A stretch of DNA of 55,887 nt from a virus. Lineage: Duplodnaviria; Caudoviricetes. Every line of letters begins with the position of its first letter. The stretch's first letter is position 1. The notes beneath the pieces are model-generated. The model saw nothing but the letters and a program-made list of their open reading frames with translations, searched no databases and was not told the origin of the DNA. Location: positions 1 to 55,887 of the IMG/VR virus record IMGVR_UViG_3300009151_000088; one strand, 5' to 3'. Below, one piece after another: positions 54,294 to 55,887 of the stretch. Position numbers and translations under genes: made by a program.

Positions 54294-54632
54294 ATGTACA
54301 AAGTAAATGCAACGCTAAACACAGGCGGTGGCGGCTATTGGAGCAACACTAAAACAGCAGTAGAGGTCACCCGCCTGCAACTTGCATACACTAACGACGA
54401 ACTAGACTTCGGCGAGTTGCGTGTTTATTTTAACACAGACACATGGGATGTCGATGAGCTGGGTCTCATATACACAGACAAGCAGTTTATGCGAGAGCTT
54501 GTAGAGCTGTTAGCCGCTAAGGGCTTTGACGCTAGCGATGTAAGCTACAGCGAGCAGGGAATGCAAGGGGACAACTATGTGTCCTGCGATGTAGGCGAGT
54601 GCTTTATTAACACGTTTATGCAGAACGCATAA
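54294..54632 (+). CDS. Hypothetical early protein (112 aa)
   Basis: Promoter at 54239, SD AAGGAG. GLIYTD and YSEQGMQG..YVS motifs. Confidence 0.8.
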   Translation: MYKVNATLNTGGGGYWSNTKTAVEVTRLQLAYTNDELDFGELRVYFNTDTWDVDELGLIYTDKQFMRELVELLAAKGFDASDVSYSEQGMQGDNYVSCDVGECFINTFMQNA

Positions 54633-54712
54633 CCTTAGAGGGCAAAGGGTCTTTGGTTGACACTTTGCCCAAACAGTGCTATAATACACACATACACTAA
54701 ACAGGAGCAACA

Positions 54713-54982
54713 ATGTTAGACATTAGCAAAATCGTAAAAACCTATAGCGGAAAAATCGGCTGTATGTGCGGGTGCCTCGGCAAGTACAGCTACACACAAG
54801 ACGGCGCTACAAATCACGGGCCCGGCTACAATGTACAAAACAGCGTTAACGAGCGGTCTGTGAAGATCATCGCAAAGAAAGTGCTTGCTAACCCCAACGT
54901 ACAATGGGACGGCGATATTGCATACGTAGAGGATCGCGTAGGCAATCGTATGCAGGCAATTTACTTTAAGGAGACCGTATGA
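54713..54982 (+). CDS. Hypothetical early protein (89 aa) with GCMCGC motif
   Basis: Promoter at 54657, SD AGGAG. Confidence 0.8.
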   Translation: MLDISKIVKTYSGKIGCMCGCLGKYSYTQDGATNHGPGYNVQNSVNERSVKIIAKKVLANPNVQWDGDIAYVEDRVGNRMQAIYFKETV

Positions 54983-55239
54983 TCACAGCAGAGAAACTTA
55001 AATGGGGTAGTTCACTGGATGCAGTCACTCTCACTGCACTGGTACACGGTGGCCCTACTAAACGCAAGGATCGATACACGGGCGTCAAGTTTCTGGGTGT
55101 AACCAATGGCGGCGAGTTCTGCTATACTGTAACCTTCCAAGTCAAAGGCGGCACCGACAGTGGCAAAGTGTTTGTCAAACAAGACCCTGTCACTAGTAAG
55201 GTTATTGCAACACCAGAGTTGACAGTCTGGGAAAACTAG
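54979..55239 (+). CDS. Hypothetical early protein (86 aa)
   Basis: ATGA overlap, SD AAGGAG. Confidence 0.75.
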   Translation: MITAEKLKWGSSLDAVTLTALVHGGPTKRKDRYTGVKFLGVTNGGEFCYTVTFQVKGGTDSGKVFVKQDPVTSKVIATPELTVWEN

Positions 55240-55278
55240 TATATAATACACTTACACTGAAACACTAAGGAGCACAGC

Positions 55279-55533
55279 ATGAAAGTATCGCAACTCATCG
55301 AGCAACTAGGCTACATGGACAAGGACGCAGAGGTCCACTTCAGCTACAACTATGGTGACCACTGGCGCACAGAGGTTGCCCCTGCTGTGGGCCGCATCGA
55401 CGAAGGTGCAGTAGTGTACAGCGACTACCACCGCATGGACAAGCTCGTAGAAAACGATGACGAGAGCGAGTTTGACGACGAGGGCCGAGAGATTGTTGAT
55501 GAAACCCTACGCCGTGTAGTGGTATTGAGTTGA
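55279..55533 (+). CDS. Hypothetical acidic early protein (84 aa)
   Basis: Promoter at 55219, SD AAGGAG. MKV..LIE.L..MD.DAEV start. Confidence 0.8.
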   Translation: MKVSQLIEQLGYMDKDAEVHFSYNYGDHWRTEVAPAVGRIDEGAVVYSDYHRMDKLVENDDESEFDDEGREIVDETLRRVVVLS

Positions 55534-55598
55534 TTGGTTGACAAGTTGGTAAAACCGTGCTATAATAAGCACATACACTGAAACACTAGGAGCACATA

Positions 55599-55887
55599 AT
55601 GGGAACACGAAGCACTATTGCATTGGAATTCGCAGACGGCACAGTCCAGCAAGTGTATTGCCACTGGGACGGCTATCTCGAGCACAACGGCAAAATCCTT
55701 GCTGAACACTATAGCGACCCGTTCAAACTGCGTGACTTGATTGATCAAGGCAGCATCAGTTCGCTGGGCAAGGTTGTTGGCAATACACATCCTTTCAGCC
55801 CATTCGAAGGCGAGACACAGAAAGCACAGTACGAAGCGGCAATGGCAGCGGGTGCAACTACATTCTACGCACGAGATCGTGGCGAGG
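55599..55887 (+). CDS. Conserved-type phage protein (MGTRSTIA...VYCHWDGY...NG.IL..HY), truncated by window end
   Basis: Promoter at 55538, SD AGGAG, open to the end of the window. Confidence 0.8.
   Translation, partial: MGTRSTIALEFADGTVQQVYCHWDGYLEHNGKILAEHYSDPFKLRDLIDQGSISSLGKVVGNTHPFSPFEGETQKAQYEAAMAAGATTFYARDRGE

Larger units (their letters stand above)
49513..55566. promoter_or_regulatory. Array of 14 near-consensus sigma70 early promoters with a shared leader
   Basis: TTGAC(A/T)-17 nt-TA(T/C)AAT. Minus strand at 49541. Plus strand -35 at 49627, 50033, 50369, 50740, 51084, 51518, 52473, 52696, 52943, 54239, 54657, 55219 and 55538. Most are followed by ACACACATACACTAA..AGGAG-like leaders. 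Confidence 0.92.

Noticed and set aside
50972-55790. Minus-strand ORFs across the early region, including 52609..52896 over the putative ncRNA
   Set aside because: They are antisense to promoter- and SD-supported plus-strand units and lack their own initiation signals.
1-55887. Stop-codon recoding (alternative genetic code)
   Set aside because: Known genes are full length in code 11, TAA, TGA and TAG all end genes at sensible positions, and there is no suppressor tRNA.

Overview
A 55.9 kb segment of a large lytic dsDNA phage (probably a jumbo, T4-like or huge-phage type), read in the standard code 11. Its IscU, IscA, ErpA and IF-1 genes look proteobacterial. Layout: (1) 1-15 kb, mostly minus strand: Thr/Ser/Gly-rich virion and tail-fibre genes, a signal-peptide NucA-type nuclease, and an intergenic structured element reproducing the 23S rRNA H67-H68-H69-H70 sequence order. 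(2) 15-21 kb: HNH nuclease, IF-1, ATP-dependent DNA ligase, an Fe-S assembly module (erpA divergent from iscU-sulfotransferase-iscA) and a SleB-type cell-wall hydrolase. (3) 21-41 kb: an AT-rich modification island with six radical SAM enzymes (one B12-binding), four SGNH-like domains, several glycosyltransferase-like genes, a sugar C-methyltransferase and a cytidylyltransferase-cupin fusion. (4) 41-48 kb: more virion genes, including a Hint-domain protein, then a GT/DUF6165/2OG-oxygenase cassette. (5) 48.1-48.9 kb: a repeat-rich non-coding zone and tRNA-Ile2(CAU). (6) 49.2-55.9 kb: an early host-takeover region of small genes driven by 14 near-consensus sigma70 promoters, one of which drives a ~210-nt highly structured RNA with no sense ORF. 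Many late-type genes carry TAAATA exactly 5 nt before the ATG, implying leaderless mRNAs. All family assignments come from recognised motifs, not from database searches.
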